Source: Raillietiella orientalis (Eukaryota). Taken from it: a stretch of 64,000 nt of DNA. Within the stretch, counting starts at the first letter, position 1, and each line of letters begins with the position of its first letter. Made by a program: the position numbers and the translations under genes. The notes beneath the pieces were generated by a model that saw nothing but the letters and a program-made list of their open reading frames with translations, had not been told where the DNA came from and made no database searches. The DNA lies in contig JAYWIR010000027.1 of NCBI GenBank assembly GCA_036172245.1, positions 1-64,000 of the forward strand, read 5' to 3'. Of this stretch, positions 1 through 15,000 are shown piece after piece.

Positions 1-3000
1 CTTTAACTTCAGTTTCCAGGTATCCTCTGTCCTTGCAGTTCATCTTTCTCAATGGGCAGTACACGACACTCACAGTAGATCCCCCCTTACGAATCGCAAA
101 TCCGTCCGACCCGACCACGAGAAAAGCAATTCAATGAACCTTGGAATCCCCGTTCCTCTTCACGGAATCCCTCTGCATCTTCCCAAATGGTCCCCGATGT
201 CCACGTCTAGGATGGGTGGATGGGGACTCTTGAATTCGGCAGCATCACCTAGGATTAAATAAAATATATCTTGTTTCTACAAATCCCTTTACCTTCGGTT
301 TCCAAGGATCCTCTATCCTCGCATAACTTCACTCTCCATGCGCAGTACACGACACTTACATTAGATCCCCCCTTTGGAGTCGCACATCCGTCCGACCCGA
401 CGACGAGAAAAGGAATCCAACTTACCTTGGAATCTCCGTTCCTCTTCAAGGAATTCCTCAACGTCTTCCCAAATGGTTCCCGATGTCCACGTCTGGAATA
501 AGATTAAGAGGATTTCTGAATTCGACAGCATAACCTAGGATTTATTCAAAAAAATTTATATCTGCAAATCCCATTACCTTCAGTTTCCCGGGATCCTTTG
601 TCCTGGCAGTTCGTCTTTCTCAATGGACAGTACACGACACTCACATTAGATCCCCCCTTAAAAATCGCAAATCCGTCCGACCCGACCACGAGAAAAGCAA
701 TTGAATGAACCTTGGAATCCCCGTTCCTCTTGTAGGGATACCTCGGCGTCTTCCCAAATGGTGCCCGATGTCCACGTCTAGGATGGGTGGAAGGGGACAC
801 TTCAATCCGGCAGCATCACCTAGGATTCAATAAAATAATTCTTGTATCTGCAAATCCCTTCACCTTCAGTATTCAGGGATCCTCTGTCCTTGCATTTCAT
901 CTTTGTCCGTGTGCAGCACACGACACTCACAGTACATCCCCCCTTACGAATCGAAAATCCGTCCGACCCGACGAATAGAAAAGGAATCGAACTTACCTTG
1001 GAATCTCCGTTCCTCTTCAAGGAATTTCTCAACGTCTTCCCAAATGGTCCCCGATGTCAACGTCTGGGATGGGAGGAAAAGGATTCATGAATTCGGCAGC
1101 ATAACCTAGGATTTAAGAAAAAAATTCGTGTATCGGGAAATCCCTTTACCTTCAGTTTCCAAGATTCCTCTGTCATCTCATATCTTCTCTCTCCATGGGC
1201 AGTGCACGACACACACAGTAGATCCCCCCTTACGAATCGCAAATCCGTCCGACCCGACGACGAGAAAAGCAATTGAATGTACCTTGGAATCCCCGTTCCT
1301 CTTCACGGAATCCCACTGCAACTTCCCAAATGGTCCCCGATGTACTCGACTTGGATGGCTGGAGGATGATTCTTCAATTCGGTATATAACCTAGGATTCA
1401 ATGAAAAAATTCTTGTATCTGCAAATCCCTTTACCTTCAGTTTCCAGGGATCTTCTGTCCTTGCGGTTCATCTTTCTCAATGGGCATTACACGACACTCA
1501 CAGTAGATCCCCCCTTACGAATCGCAACTCCGTTCGGCCCGACGACGAGAAAAGCAATTGAACTTACCTTGGAATCCCCGTTTTTTTTCACGGAATCCCA
1601 ATGCGTCTTCCCAAATGGTCCCCGATGTCCACGTCAAGGATGGGTGGAAGGGGACTCTTGAATTCGGCAGCATCACCTAGGATTTAATTAAATTCTTCTT
1701 GTTTCTTCAAATCCCTTTACCTTCGGTTTCCAAGGATCCTCTATCCTCGCATATCTTCTGTCTCCATGGGCAGTGCACGACACTCACAGTAGATCCCCCC
1801 TTACGAATCGCAAATGCGTCCGACCCGACGACGAGAAAAGCAATTGAACTTACCTTGGAATCCCCGTTTTTCTTCACGGAATCCCTCTGCGTCTTCCCAA
1901 ATGGTCCCCGATGTCCACGTCAAGGATGGGTGGAAGGGGACACTTGAATTCGGCAGCATCACCTAGGATTCAATAAAATACTTCTTGTTTCTACAAATCC
2001 CATTACCTTCGGTTTCCAAGGATCCTCTATCCTCGCATATCTTCTGTCTCTATGGGCAGTGCAGGACACTCACAGTAGATCCTCCCTTACGAATCGAAAA
2101 TCCGTCCGACCCGACGAATAGAAAAGGAATCGAACTTACCTTGGAATCTTCGTTCCTCTTCAAGGAATTCCTCAACGTCTTCCCAAATGGTCCCCGATGT
2201 CAACGTCTGGGATGGGAGGAAAAGGATTCATGAATTCGGCAGCATAACCTAGGATTTAAGAAAAAAATTCGTGTATCTGCAAATCCCTTTACCTTCAGTT
2301 TCCAAGATTCCTCTGTCATCTCATATCTTCTCTCTCCATGGGCAGTGCACGACACACACAGTAGATCCCCCCTTACGAATCGCAACTCCGTTCGGCCCGA
2401 CGACGAGAAAAGCAATTGAACTTACCTTGGAATCCCCGTTCCTCTTCACGGAAACCCTCTGCGTCTTCCCAAATGGTCCCCGATGTCCACGTCAAGGATG
2501 GGTGGAAGGGGACTCTTGAATTCGGCAGCATCACCTAGGATTTAATAAAATTCTTCTTGTTTCTTCAAATCCCTTTACCTTCGGTTTCCAAGGATCCTCT
2601 ATCCTCGCATATCTTCTGTCTCCATGGGCAGTGCACGACACTCACAGTAGATCCCCCCTTACGAATCGCAAATGCGTCCGACCCGACGACGAGAAAAGCA
2701 ATTCAACTTACCTTGGAATCCCCGTTTTTCTTCACGGAATCCCTCTGCGTCTTCCCAAATGGTCCCCGATGTCCACGTCAAGGATGGGTGGAAGGGGACA
2801 CTTGATTTCGGCAGCATCACCTGGGATTCAATAAACAATTTCTTGTATCTGCAAATCCCTTTACCTTCAGTTTCCAGGTATCCTCTGTCCTTGCAGTTCA
2901 TCTTTCTCAATGGGCAGTACACGACACCCACTTTAGATCCCTCCTTGGGAATCGCAAATCCGTCCGACCCGACGACGAGAAAAGCAATTGAACTTACCTT

Positions 3001-6000
3001 GGAATCCCCGTTCCTTTTCACGGAATCCCTCTGCAGCTTCCCAAATGGTACCCGATGTCCACCCCTGGGATGGGAGGAAGACGATTCCTGAATTCGGCAG
3101 CATAACCTGGGATCAATAAAATAATTCTTGTTCCTACAAATCCCTTTACCTTCGGTTTCCAAGGATCCTCTATCCTCGCATATCTTCTGTCTCCATGGGC
3201 AGTGCACGACACTCACATTAGGTCCCCCCTTAGGAGTCGCAAATCCGTCCGACCTGACGACGAGAAAAGGAATCGAACTTACCTTGGAATCTCCGTTCCT
3301 CTTCAAGGAATCCCTCAACGTCTTCCCAAATGGTCCCCGATGTCAACGTCTGGGATGGGAGGAAGAGAATTCATGAATTCGGCAGCATCACCTAGGATTC
3401 AATAAACAATTTCTTGTATCTGCAAATCCCTTTACCTTCAGTTTCCAGGTATCCTCTGTCCTTGCAGTTCATCTTTCTCAATGGGCAGTACACGACACTC
3501 ACAGTAGATCCCCCCTTACGAATCGCAAATCCGTCCGACCCGACGACGTGAAAAGCAATTGAACTTACCTTGGAATCCCCGTTCCTCTTCACGGAATCCC
3601 TCTGCATCTTCCCAAATGGTCCCCGATGTCCACGTCTAGGATGGGTGGAAGGGGACACTTGAATTCGGCAGCATCACCTAGGATTCAATAAACAATTTCT
3701 TGTATCTGCAAATCCCTTTACCTTCAGTTTCCAGGTATCCTCTGTCCTTGCAGTTCATCTTTCTCAATGGGCAGTACACGACACTCACAGTAGATCCCTC
3801 CTTGGGAATCGCAAATCCGTCCGACCCGACGACGAGAAAAGCAATTGAACTTACCTTGGAATCCCCGTTCCTCTTCACGGAATCCCTCTGCATCTTCCCA
3901 AATGGTCCCCGATGTCCACGTCCAGGATGGGTGGAAGGGGACACTTGAATTCGGCAGCATCACCTAGGATTCAATAAAATACTTCTTGTTTCTACAAATC
4001 CCTTTACCTTCGGTTTCCAAGGATCCTCTATCCTCACATATCTTCTGTCTCCATTGGCAGTGCACGACACTCACAGTAGATCCCCCCTTACGAATCGCAA
4101 ATCCGTCCGACCCGACGACGAGAAAAGCAATTGAACTTACCTTGGAATCCCCGTTCCTCTTCACGGAATCCCTCTGCATCTTCCCAAATGTTCCCCGATG
4201 TCCACGTCTAGGATGGGTGGAAGGGGACACTTGAATTCGGCAGCATCACCTAGGATTCAATAAACAATTTCTTGTATCTGCAAATCCCTTTACCTTCAGT
4301 TTCCAGGTATCCTCTGTCCTTGCAGTTCATCTTTCTCAATGGGAAGTACACGACACCCACTTTAGATCCCTCCTTGGGAATCGCAAATCCGTCCGACCCG
4401 ACGACGAGAAAAGCAATTGAACTTACCTTGGAATCCCCGTTCCTCTTCACGGAATCCCTCTGCATCTTCCCAAATGGTCCCCGATGTCCACGTCTAGGAT
4501 GGTGGAAGGGGACACTTGAATTCGGCAGCATCACCTAGGATTCAATAAACAATTTCTTGTATCTGCAAATCCCTTTACCTTCAGTTTCAAGGTATCCTCT
4601 GTCCTTGCAGTTCATCTCTCTCAATGGGCAGTACACGACACTCACAGTAGATCCCCCCTTACGAATCGCAAATCCGTCCGACCCGACGACGTGAAAAGCA
4701 ATTGAACTTACCTTCGAATCCCCGTTCCTCTTCACGGAATCCCTCTGCATCTTCCCAAATGGTCCCCGATGTCCACGTCTAGGATGGGTGGAAGGGGACA
4801 CTTGAATTCGGCAGCATCACCTAGGATTCAATAAACAATTTCTTGTATCTACAAATCCCTTTACCTTCAGTTTCCAGATATCCTCTGTCCTTGCAGTTCA
4901 TCTTTCCCAATGGGCAGTACACGACACCCACTTTAGATCCTTCCTTGGGAATCGCAAATCCGTCCGACCCGACCACGAGAAAAGCAATTGAACTTACCTT
5001 GGAATCCCCGTTCCTCTTCAAGGGATACCTCGGCGCCTTCCCAAATGGTCCCCGATGTCCACGTCTAGGATGGGTGGAAGGGGACTCTTCAATTCGGCAG
5101 CATCACCTAGGATACAATAAAATAATTCTTGTATCTGCAAATCCCTCCACCTTCAGTATCCAGGGATCCTCTGTCCTTGCATTTCATCTTTGTCCGTGTG
5201 CAGCACACGACACTCACATTAGTTCCCCCTTTACGAATCGCAAATCCGTTCGACCCGACGACGAGAAAAGCAATTGAAATTACCTTGGAATCCCCGTTCC
5301 TCTTCACGGAAACCCTCTGCGTCTTCCCAAATGGTCCCCGATGTCAACGTCTGGGATGGGAGGAAGAGTATTCATGAATTCGGCAGCATAACCTAGGATT
5401 TAAGAAAAAAATTCGTGTATCTGCAAATCCCTTTACCTTCAGTTTCCAAGATTCCTCTGTCATCTCATATCTTCTCTCTCCATGGGCAGTGCACGACACT
5501 CACAGTAGATCCCCCCTTACGAATCGCAAATCCGTCGGACCCGACGACGAGAAAAGCAATTGAACTTACCTCGGAATCCCCGTTCCTCTTCACGGAAACC
5601 CTCTGCGTCTTCCCAAATGGTCCCCGATGTCCACGTCAAGGATGGGTGGAAGGGGACTCTTGAATTCGGCAGCATCACCTAGGATTCAAGAAAATACTTC
5701 TTGTTTCTACAAATCCCTTTACCTTCGGTTTCCAAGGATCCTCTATCCTCGCATATCTTCTGTCTCCATGGGCAGTGCACGACACTCACAGTAGATCCCC
5801 CCTTACGAGTCGCAAATCCGTTTTGACCCGACGACGAGAAAAGCAATTGAACTTACCTTGGAATCCCCGTTCCTCTTCACGGAATCCCTCTGCATCTTCC
5901 CAAATGGTCCCCGATGTCCATGTCTATGATGGGAGGAAGACGATTCCTGAATTCTTCGGCATAACCTAGGATTTAATAAAAAAATTCTTGTATCTGCAAA

Positions 6001-9000
6001 TCCCTTTACCTTCAGTTTCCAGGGATCCTCTGTCCTTGCAGTTCATCTTTCTCAATGGGCAGTACACGACACTCACTTTAGATCCCCCCTTGGTTATCGC
6101 AAATCCTTCCGACCCGACGACGAGAAAAGCAATTGAACTTACCTTGGAATCCCCGTTCCTTTTCACGGAATCCCTCTGCAGCTTCCCAAATGGTACCCGA
6201 TGTCCACCCCTTGGATGGGAAAAAGACGATTTATGAATTCGGCAGCATAACCTGGGATCAATAAAATAATTCTTGTTTCTACAAATCCCTTTACCTTCGG
6301 TTTCCAAGGATCCTCTATCCTCGCATAACTTCTGTCTCCATGGGCAGTACACGACACTTACATTAGATCCCCCCTTAGGAGTCGCAAATCCGTCCGAACC
6401 GACGACGAGAAAAGGAATCGAACTTACCTTGTAATCTCCGTTCCTCTTCAAGGAATTCCTCAACGTCTTCTCAAATGGTCCCCGGTGTCAACGTCTGGGA
6501 TGGGAGGAAGAGGATTCATGAATTCGGCAGCATAACCTACGATTTAAGAAAAAAATTCGTGTATCTGCAAATCCCTTTACCTTCAGTTTCCAAGATTCCT
6601 CTGTCATCTCATATCTTCTCTCTCCATGGGCAGTGCACGACACTCACAGTAGATCCCCCCTTACGAATCGCAAATCCGTCCGACCCGACGACGAGAAAAG
6701 CAATTGAACTTACCTTGGAATCCCCGTTCTTCTTCACGGAATCCCTCTGCATCTTCCCAAATGGTCCCCGATGTCCACGTCTAGGATGGGTGGAAGGGGA
6801 CACTTCAATTCGGCAGCATCACCTAGGATTCAATAAACAATTTCTTGTATCTGCAAATCCCTTTACCTTCAGTTTCCAGGTATCCTCTGTCCTTGCAGTT
6901 CATCTTTCTCAATGGGCAGTACACGACACTCACAGTAGATCCCCCCTTACCAATCGCAAATCCGTCCGACCCGACTACGAGAAAAGCAATTGACCTTACC
7001 TTGGAATCCCCGTTTTTTTTCACGGAATCCCAATGCGTCTTCCCAAATGGTCCCCGATGTCTACGTCAAGGATGGGTGGAAGGGGACTCTTGAATTCGGC
7101 AGCATCACCTAGGATTCAATAAAATACTTCTTGTTTCTACAAATCCCTTTACCTTCGGTTTCCAAGGATCCTCTATCCTCGCATATCTTCTGTCTCCATG
7201 GGCAGTGCACGACACTCACAGTAGATCCCCCCTTACGAATCGCAAATGCGTCCGACCCGACGACGAGAAAAGCAATTGAACTTACCTTGGAATCCCCGTT
7301 TTTCTTCACGGAATCCCTCTGCGTCTTCCCAAATGGTCCCCGATGTCCACGTCAAGGATGGGTGGAAGGGGACACTTGAATTCGGCAGCATCACCTAGGA
7401 TTCAATAAACAATTTCTTGTATCTGCAAATCCCTTTACCTTCAGTTTCCAGGTATCCTCTGTCCTTGCAGTTCATCTTTCTCAATGGGCAGTACACGACA
7501 CTCACAGTAGATCCCCCCTTACGAATCGCAAATCCGTCCGACCCGACGACGAGAAAAGCAATTGAACTTACCTTGGAATCCCCGTTCCTCTTCACGGAAT
7601 CCCTCTGCATCTTCCCAAATGGTCCCCGATGTCCACGTCCAGGATGGGTGGAAGGGGACACTTGAATTCGGCAGCATCACCTAGGATTCAATAAAATACT
7701 TCTTGTTTCTACAAATCCCTTTACCTTCGGTTTCCAAGGATCCTCTATCCTCACATATCTTCTGTCTCCATGGGCAGTGCACGACACTCACAGTAGATCC
7801 CCCCTTACGAATCGCAAATCCGTCCGACCCGACGACGAGAAAAGCAATTGAACTTACCTTGGAATCCCCGTTTTTCTTCACGGAATCCCTCTGCGTCTTC
7901 CCAAATGGTCCCCGATGTCCACGTCAAGGATGGGTGGAAGGGGACTCTTGAATTCGGCAGCATCACCTAGGATTAAATAAAATATATCTTGTTTCTACAA
8001 ATCCCTTTACCTTCGGTTTCCAAGGATCCTCTATCATCGCATAACTTCTGTCTCCATGCGCAGTACACGACACTCACATTAGATCCCCCCTTAAAAATCG
8101 CAAATCCGTCGAACCCGACCACGAGAAAAGCAATTGAATGAACCTTGGAATCCCCGTTCCTCTTGTAGGGATACCTCGGCGTCTTCCCAAATGGTGCCCG
8201 ATGTCCACGTCTAGGATGGGTGGAAGGGGACTCTTCAATCCGGCAGCATCACCTAGGATTCAATAAAATAATTCTTGTATCTGCAAATCCCTTCACCTTC
8301 AGTATTCAGGGATCCTCTGTCCTTGCATTTCATCTTTGTCCGTGTGCAGCACACGACACTCACAGTACATCCCCCCTTACGAATCGCAAATCCGTCCGAC
8401 CCGACGACGTGAAAAGCAATTGAACTTACCTTGGAATCCCCGTTCCTCTTCACGGAATCCCTCTGCATCTTCCCAAATGGTCCCCGATGTCCTCGACTTG
8501 GATGGCTGGAGGATGATTCTTCAATTCGGTATATAACCTAGGATTCAATGAAAAAATTCTTGTATCTCCAAATCCCTTTACCTTCAGTTTCCAGGGATCT
8601 TCTGTCCTTGCGGTTCATCTTTCTCAATGAGCATTACACGACACTCACAGTAGATCCCCCCTTACGAATCGCAACTCCGTTCGGCCCGACGACGAGAAAA
8701 GCAATTGAACTTACCTTGGAATCCCCGTTCCTCTTCACGGAAACCCTCTGCGTCTTCCCAAATGGTCCCCGATGTCGACGTCAAGGATGGGTGGAAGGGG
8801 ACTCTTGAATTCGGCAGCATCACCTAGGATTTAATTAAATTCTTCTTGTTTCTTCAAATCCCTTTACCTTCGGTTTCCAAGGATCCTCTATCCTCGCATA
8901 ACTTCTGTCTCCATGGGCAGTGCACGACACTCACATTAGGTCCCCCCTTAGGAGTCGCAAATCCGTCCGACCTGACGACGAGAAAAGGAATCGAACTTAC

Positions 9001-12000
9001 CTTGGAATCTCCGTTCCTCTTCAAGGAATCCCTCAACGTCTTCCCAAATGGTCCCCGATGTCAACGTCTGGGATGGGAGGAAGAGAATTCATGAATTCGG
9101 CAGCATCACCTAGGATTCAATAAACAATTTCTTGTATCTGCAAATCCTTTAACCTTCAGTTTCCAGGTATCCTCTGTCCTTGCAGTTCACCTTTCTCAAT
9201 GGGCAGTACACGACACTCACAGTAGATCCCCCCTTACGAATCGCAAATCCGTCCGACCCGACGACGTGAAAAGCAATTGAACTTACCTTGGAATCCCCGT
9301 TCCTCTTCACGGAATCCCTCTGCATCTTCCCAAATGGTCCCCGATGTCCACGTCTAGGATGGGTGGAAGGGGACACTTGAATTCGGCAGCATCACCTAGG
9401 ATTCAATAAACAATTTCTTGTATCTGCAAATCCCTTTACCTTCAGTTTCCAAGATTCCTCTATCCTCGCATATCTTCTGTCTCCATGGGCAGTGCACGAC
9501 ACTCACAGTAGATCCCCCCTTACGAATCGCAAATCCGTCCGACCCGACGACGAGAAAAGCAATTGAACTTACCTTGGAATCCCCGTTCTTCTTCACGGAA
9601 TCCCTCTGCATCTTCCCAAATGGTCCCCGATGTCCACGTCTAGGATGGGTGGAAGGGGACACTTGAATTCGGCAGCATCACCTAGGATTCAATAAACAAT
9701 TTCTTGTATCTGCAAATCCCTTTACCTTCAGTTTCCAGGTATCCTCTGTCCTTGCAGTTCATCTTTCTCAATGGGCAGTACACGACACTCACAGTAGATC
9801 CCCCCTTACGAATCGCAAATGCGTCCGACCCGACTACGAGAAAAGCAATTGACCTTACCTTGGAATCCCCGTTTTTTTTCACGGAATCCCAATGCGTCTT
9901 CCCAAATGGTCCCCGATGTCCACGTCAAGGATGGGTGGAAGGGGACTCTTGAATTCGGCAGCATCACCTAGGATTCAATAAAATACTTCTTGTTTCTACA
10001 AATCCCTTTACCTTCGGTTTCCAAGGATCCTCTATCCTCGCATATCTTCTGTCTCCATGGGCAGTGCACGACACTCACAGTAGATCCCCCCTTACGAATC
10101 GCAAATGCGTCCGACCCGACGACGAGAAAAGCAATTGAACTTACCTTGGAATCCCCGTTTTTCTTCACGGAATCCCTCTGCGTCTTCCCAAATGGTCCCC
10201 GATGTCCACGTCAAGGATGGGTGGAAGGGGACACTTGAATTCGGCAGCATCACCTAGGATTCAATAAACAATTTCTTGTATCTGCAAATCCCTTTACCTT
10301 CAGTTTCCAGGTATCCTCTGTCCTTGCAGTTCATCTTTCTCAATGGGCAGTACACGACACTCACAGTAGATCCCCCCTTACGAATCGCAAATCCGTCCGA
10401 CACGACGACGAGAAAAGCAATTGAACTTACCTTGGAATCCCCGTTCCTCTTCACGGAATCCCTCTGCATCTTCCCAAATGGTCCCCGATGTCCACGTCCA
10501 GGATGGGTGGAAGGGGACACTTGAATTCGGCAGCATCACCTAGGATTCAATAAAATACTTCTTGTTTCTACAAATCCCTTTACCTTCGGTTTCCAAGGAT
10601 CCTCTATCCTCACATATCTTCTGTCTCCATGGGCAGTGCACGACACTCACAGTAGATCCCCCCTTACGAATCGCAAATCCGTCCGACCCGACGACGAGAA
10701 AAGCAATTGAACTTACCTTGGAATCCCCGTTCCTCTTCACGGAATCCCTCTGCATCTTCCCAAATGGTCCCCGATGTCCACGTCTAGGATGGGTGGAAGG
10801 GGACACTTGAATTCGGCAGCATCACCTAGGATTCAATAAACAATTTCTTGTATCTGCAAATCCCTTTACCTTCAGTTTCCAGGTATCCTCTGTCCTTGCA
10901 GTTCATCTTTCTCAATGGGCAGTACACGACACCCACTTTAGATCCCTCCTTGGGAATCGCAAATCCGTCCGACCCGACGACGAGAAAAGCAATTGAACTT
11001 ACCTTGGAATCCCCGTTCCTCTTCACGGAATCCCTCTGCATCTTCCCAAATGGTCCCCGATGTCCACGTCTAGGATGGGTGGAAGGGGACACTTGAATTC
11101 GGCAGCATCACCTAGGATTCAATAAACAATTTCTTGTATCTGCAAATCCCTTTACCTTCAGTTTCCAGGTATCCTCTGTCCTTGCAGTTCATCTTTCTCA
11201 ATGGGCAGTACACGACACTCACAGTAGATCCCCCCTTACGAATCGCAAATCCGTCCGACCCGACGACGTGAAAAGCAATTGAACTTACCTTCGAATCCCC
11301 GTTCCTCTTCACGGAATCCCTCTGCATCTTCCCAAATGGTCCCCGATGTCCACGTCTAGGATGGGTGGAAGGGGACACTTGAATTCGGCAGCATCACCTA
11401 GGATTCAATAAACAATTTCTTGTATCTGCAAATCCCTTTACCTTCAGTTTCCAGATATCCTCTGTCCTTGCAGTTCATCTTTCCCAATGGGCAGTACACG
11501 ACACCCACTTTAGATCCTTCCTTGGGAATCGCAAATCCGTCCGACCCGACCACGAGAAAAGCAATTGAACTTACCTTGGAATCCCCGTTCCTCTTCAAGG
11601 GATACCTCGGCGCCTTCCCAAATGGTCCCCGATGTCCACGTCTAGGATGGGTGGAAGGGGACTCTTCAATTCGGCAGCATCACCTAGGATACAATAAAAT
11701 AATTCTTGTATCTGCAAATCCCTCCACCTTCAGTATCCAGGGATCCTCTGTCCTTGCATTTCATCTTTGTCCGTGTGCAGCACACGACACTCACATTAGT
11801 TCCCCCCTTACGAATCGCAAATCCTTCCGACCCGACGACGAGAAAAGCAATTGAACTTACCTTGGAATCCCCGTTCCTCTTCACGGAATCCCTCTGCATC
11901 TTCCCAAATGGTCCCCGATGTCCACGTCTAGGATGGATGGAAGGGGACACTTGAATTCGGAAGCATCACCAAGATTCAATAAACAATTTCTTGTATCTGC

Positions 12001-15000
12001 AAATCCCTTTACCTTCAGTTTCCAGGTATCCTCTGTCCTTGCAGTTCATCTTTCTCAATGGGCAGTACACGACACTCACAGTAGATCCCCCCTTACGAAT
12101 CGCAAATCCGTTCGACCCGACGACGAGAAAAGCAATTGAAATTACCTTGGAATCCCCGTTCCTCTTCACGGAAACCCTCTGCGTCTTCCCAAATGGTCCC
12201 CGATGTCAACGTCTGGGATGGGAGGAAGAGTATTCATGAATTCGGCAGCATAACCTAGGATTTAAGAAAAAAATTCGTGTATCTGCAAATCCCTTTACCT
12301 TCAGTTTCCAAGATTCCTCTGTCATCTCATATCTTCTCTCTCCATGGGCAGTGCACGACACTCACAGTAGATCCCCCCTTACGAATCGCAAATCCGTCGG
12401 ACCCGACGACGAGAAAAGCAATTGAACTTACCTCGGAATCCCCGTTCCTCTTCACGGAAACCCTCTGCGTCTTCCCAAATGGTCCCCGATGTCCACGTCA
12501 AGGATGGGTGGAAGGGGACTCTTGAATTCGGCAGCATCACCTAGGATTCAATAAAATACTTCTTGTTTCTACAAATCCCTTTACCTTCGGTTTCCAAGGA
12601 TCCTCTATCCTCGCATATCTTCTGTCTCCATGGGCAGTGCACGACACTCACAGTAGATCCCCCCTTACGAGTCGCAAATCCGTTTTGACCCGACGACGAG
12701 AAAAGCAATTGAACTTACCTTGGAATCCCCGTTCCTCTTCACGGAATCCCTCTGCATCTTCCCAAATGGTCCCCGATGTCCATGTCTATGATGGGAGGAA
12801 GACGATTCCTGAATTCTTCGGCATAACCTAGGATTTAATAAAAAAATTCTTGTATCTGCAAATCCCTTTACCTTCAGTTTCCAGGGATCCTCTGTCCTTG
12901 CAGTTCATCTTTCTCAATGGGCAGTACACGACACTCACTTTAGATCCCCCCTTGGGAATCGCAAATCCTTCCGACCCGACGACGAGAAAAGCAATTGAAC
13001 TTACCTTGGAATCCCCGTTCCTTTTCACGGAATCCCTCTGCAGCTTCCCAAATGGTACCCGATGTCCACCCCTTGGATGGGAAAAAGACGATTCCTGAAT
13101 TCGGCAGCATAACCTGGGATCAATAAAATAATTCTTGTTTCTACAAATCCCTTTACCTTCGGTTTCCAAGGATCCTCTATCCTCGCATAACTTCTGTCTC
13201 CATGGGAAGTACACGACACTTACATTAGATCCCCCCTTAGGAGTCGCAAATCCGTCCGAACCGACGACGAGAAAAGGAATCGAACTTACCTTGCAATCTC
13301 CGTTCCTCTTCAAGGAATTCCTCAACGTCTTCTCAAATGGTCCCCGGTGTCAACGTCTGGGATGGGAGGAAGAGGATTCATGAATTCGGCAGCATAACCT
13401 ACGATTTAAGAAAAAAATTCGTGTATCTGCAAATCCCTTTACCTTCAGTTTCCAAGATTCCTCTGTCATCTCATATCTTCTCTCTCCATGGGCAGTGCAC
13501 GACACTCACAGTAGATCCCCTCTTACGAATCGCAAATCCGTCGGACCCGACGACGAGAAAAGCAATTGAACTTACCTCGGAATCCCCGTTCCTCTTCACG
13601 GAAACCCTCTGCGTCTTCCCAAATGGTCCCCGATGTCCACGTCAAGGATGGGTGGAAGAGGACTCTTGAATTCGGCAGCATCACCTTGGATTCAAGAAAA
13701 TACTTCTTGTTTCTACAAATCCCTTTACCTTCTTTTTCCAAGGATCCTCTATCCTCGCATATCTTCTGTCTCCATGGGCAGTGCACGTCACTCACAGTAG
13801 ATCCCCCCTTACGAATCGCAAATGCGTCCGACCCGACGACGAGAAAAGCAATTGAACTTACCTTGGAATACCCGTTTCTCTTCACGGAAACCCTCTGCGT
13901 CTTCCCAAATGGTCCCCGATGTCCACGTCCAGGATGGGTGGAAGGGGACTCTTGAATTCGGCAGCATCACCTAGGATTCAATAAAATACTTCTTGTTTCT
14001 ACAAATCTCTTTACCTTCGGTTTCCAAGGATCCTCTATCCTCGCATATCTTCTGTCTCCATGGGCAGTGCACGACACTCACAGTAGATCCCCCCTTACGA
14101 ATCGCAAATCCGTCCGACCCGACGACGAGAAAAGCAATTGAACTTACCTTGGAATCCCCGTTCCTCTTCACGTTATCCCTCTGCATCTTCCCAAATGGTC
14201 CCCGATGTCCACGTCTAGGATGGGTGGAAGGGGACACTTGAATTCGCAGCATCACCTAGGATTCAAGAAACAATTTCTTGTATCTGCAAATCCCTTTACC
14301 TTCAGTTTCCAGGTATCCTCTGTCCTTGCAGTTCATCTTTCTCAATGGGAAGTACACGAAACCCACTTTTGATCCCTCCTTGGGAATCGCAAATCCGTCC
14401 GACCCGACGACGAGAAAAGCAATTGAACTTACCTTGGAATCCCCGTTCCTCTTCACGGAATCCCTCTGCATCTTCCCAAATGGTCCCCGAAGTCCACGTC
14501 TAGGATGGTGGAAGGGGACACTTGAATTCGCAGCACCACCTAGGATTCAAGAAACAATTTCTTGTATCTGCAAATCCCTTTACCTTCAATTTCCAGGTAT
14601 CCTCTGTCCTTGCAGTTCATCTCTCTCAATGGGCAGTACACGACACTCACAGTAGATCCCCCCTTACGAATCGCAAATCCGTCCGACCCGACGACAAGAA
14701 AAGCAATTGAACTTACCTTCGAATCCCCGTTCCTCTTCACGGAATCCCTCTGCATCTTCCCAAATGGTCCCCGATGTCCACGTCTAGGATGGGTGGAAGG
14801 GGACACTTGAATTCGGCAGCATCACCTAGGATTCAATAAACAATTTCTTGTATCTGCAAATCCCTTTACCTTCAGTTTCCAGATATCCTCTGTCCTTGCA
14901 GTTCATCTTTCCCAATGGGCAGTACACGACACCCACTTTAGATCCTTCCTTGGGAATCGCAAATCCGTCCGACCCGACCACGAGAAAAGCAATTGAACTT

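Noticed and set aside
3392..3677. Satellite as a repeated exon-intron cassette (minus-strand CAAG|GTAAGT, GAAG|GTAAAG and CCTAG|G sites)
   Set aside because: The candidate exons of 109 and 79 nt (188 total), and the single-intron alternatives (109, 232, 242 nt), are not multiples of 3 and contain stops, so no repeating reading frame can be built.
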